Below, in pieces: positions 63,938 through 64,000 of a DNA stretch of 64,000 nt (positions are counted from its first letter, which is position 1; the number at the start of each line of letters is the position of its first letter). The translations under genes were made by a program, and so were the position numbers. The notes under the pieces were generated by a model, which was not told the origin of the DNA, ran no database searches, and saw only the letters and a list, made by a program, of their open reading frames with translations. The stretch is from Octopus vulgaris (taxonomy: Eukaryota), in NCBI GenBank assembly GCA_951406725.2, contig OX597814.1, positions 214,644,001 through 214,708,000 of the forward strand, written 5' to 3'.

Positions 63938-64000
63938 TATATATATATGCATATATATATATACATGCATACATACATTCATATATACATTCTTTTATTC

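Overview
AT-rich, microsatellite-dense eukaryotic DNA with no supportable host gene exon; the SINE/LINE complement looks like a coleoid cephalopod, probably Octopus (inference). Nearly all listed ORFs are microsatellite or repeat artefacts. Real coding remnants belong to retroelements and DNA transposons: RTE, CR1 and R4/Dong-type LINEs, two Penelope-like (PLE) GIY-YIG endonuclease remnants, and mariner and maT pieces. tRNA-headed SINEs, piggyBac/hAT/Tc1-mariner MITEs and a non-autonomous Helitron are also present. The main hidden signal is about 20 type I hammerhead ribozyme (HHR) motifs from roughly ten unrelated short elements. Most sit at (TA)n tracts, many form fold-back palindromes, and nearly all have a palindromic, dimer-type stem III. 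They include an LTR-like 410-167-410 bp retrozyme-type unit (48823-49809) and a family whose core reads GUGAACA, a compensatory G3:C8 swap of the conserved C3:G8 pair (two loci, four motifs). The RTE 3' UTR carries tandem ~63-bp units that each fit a compact H-type pseudoknot. Ribozyme calls are by-eye motif and pairing matches; activity is untested.
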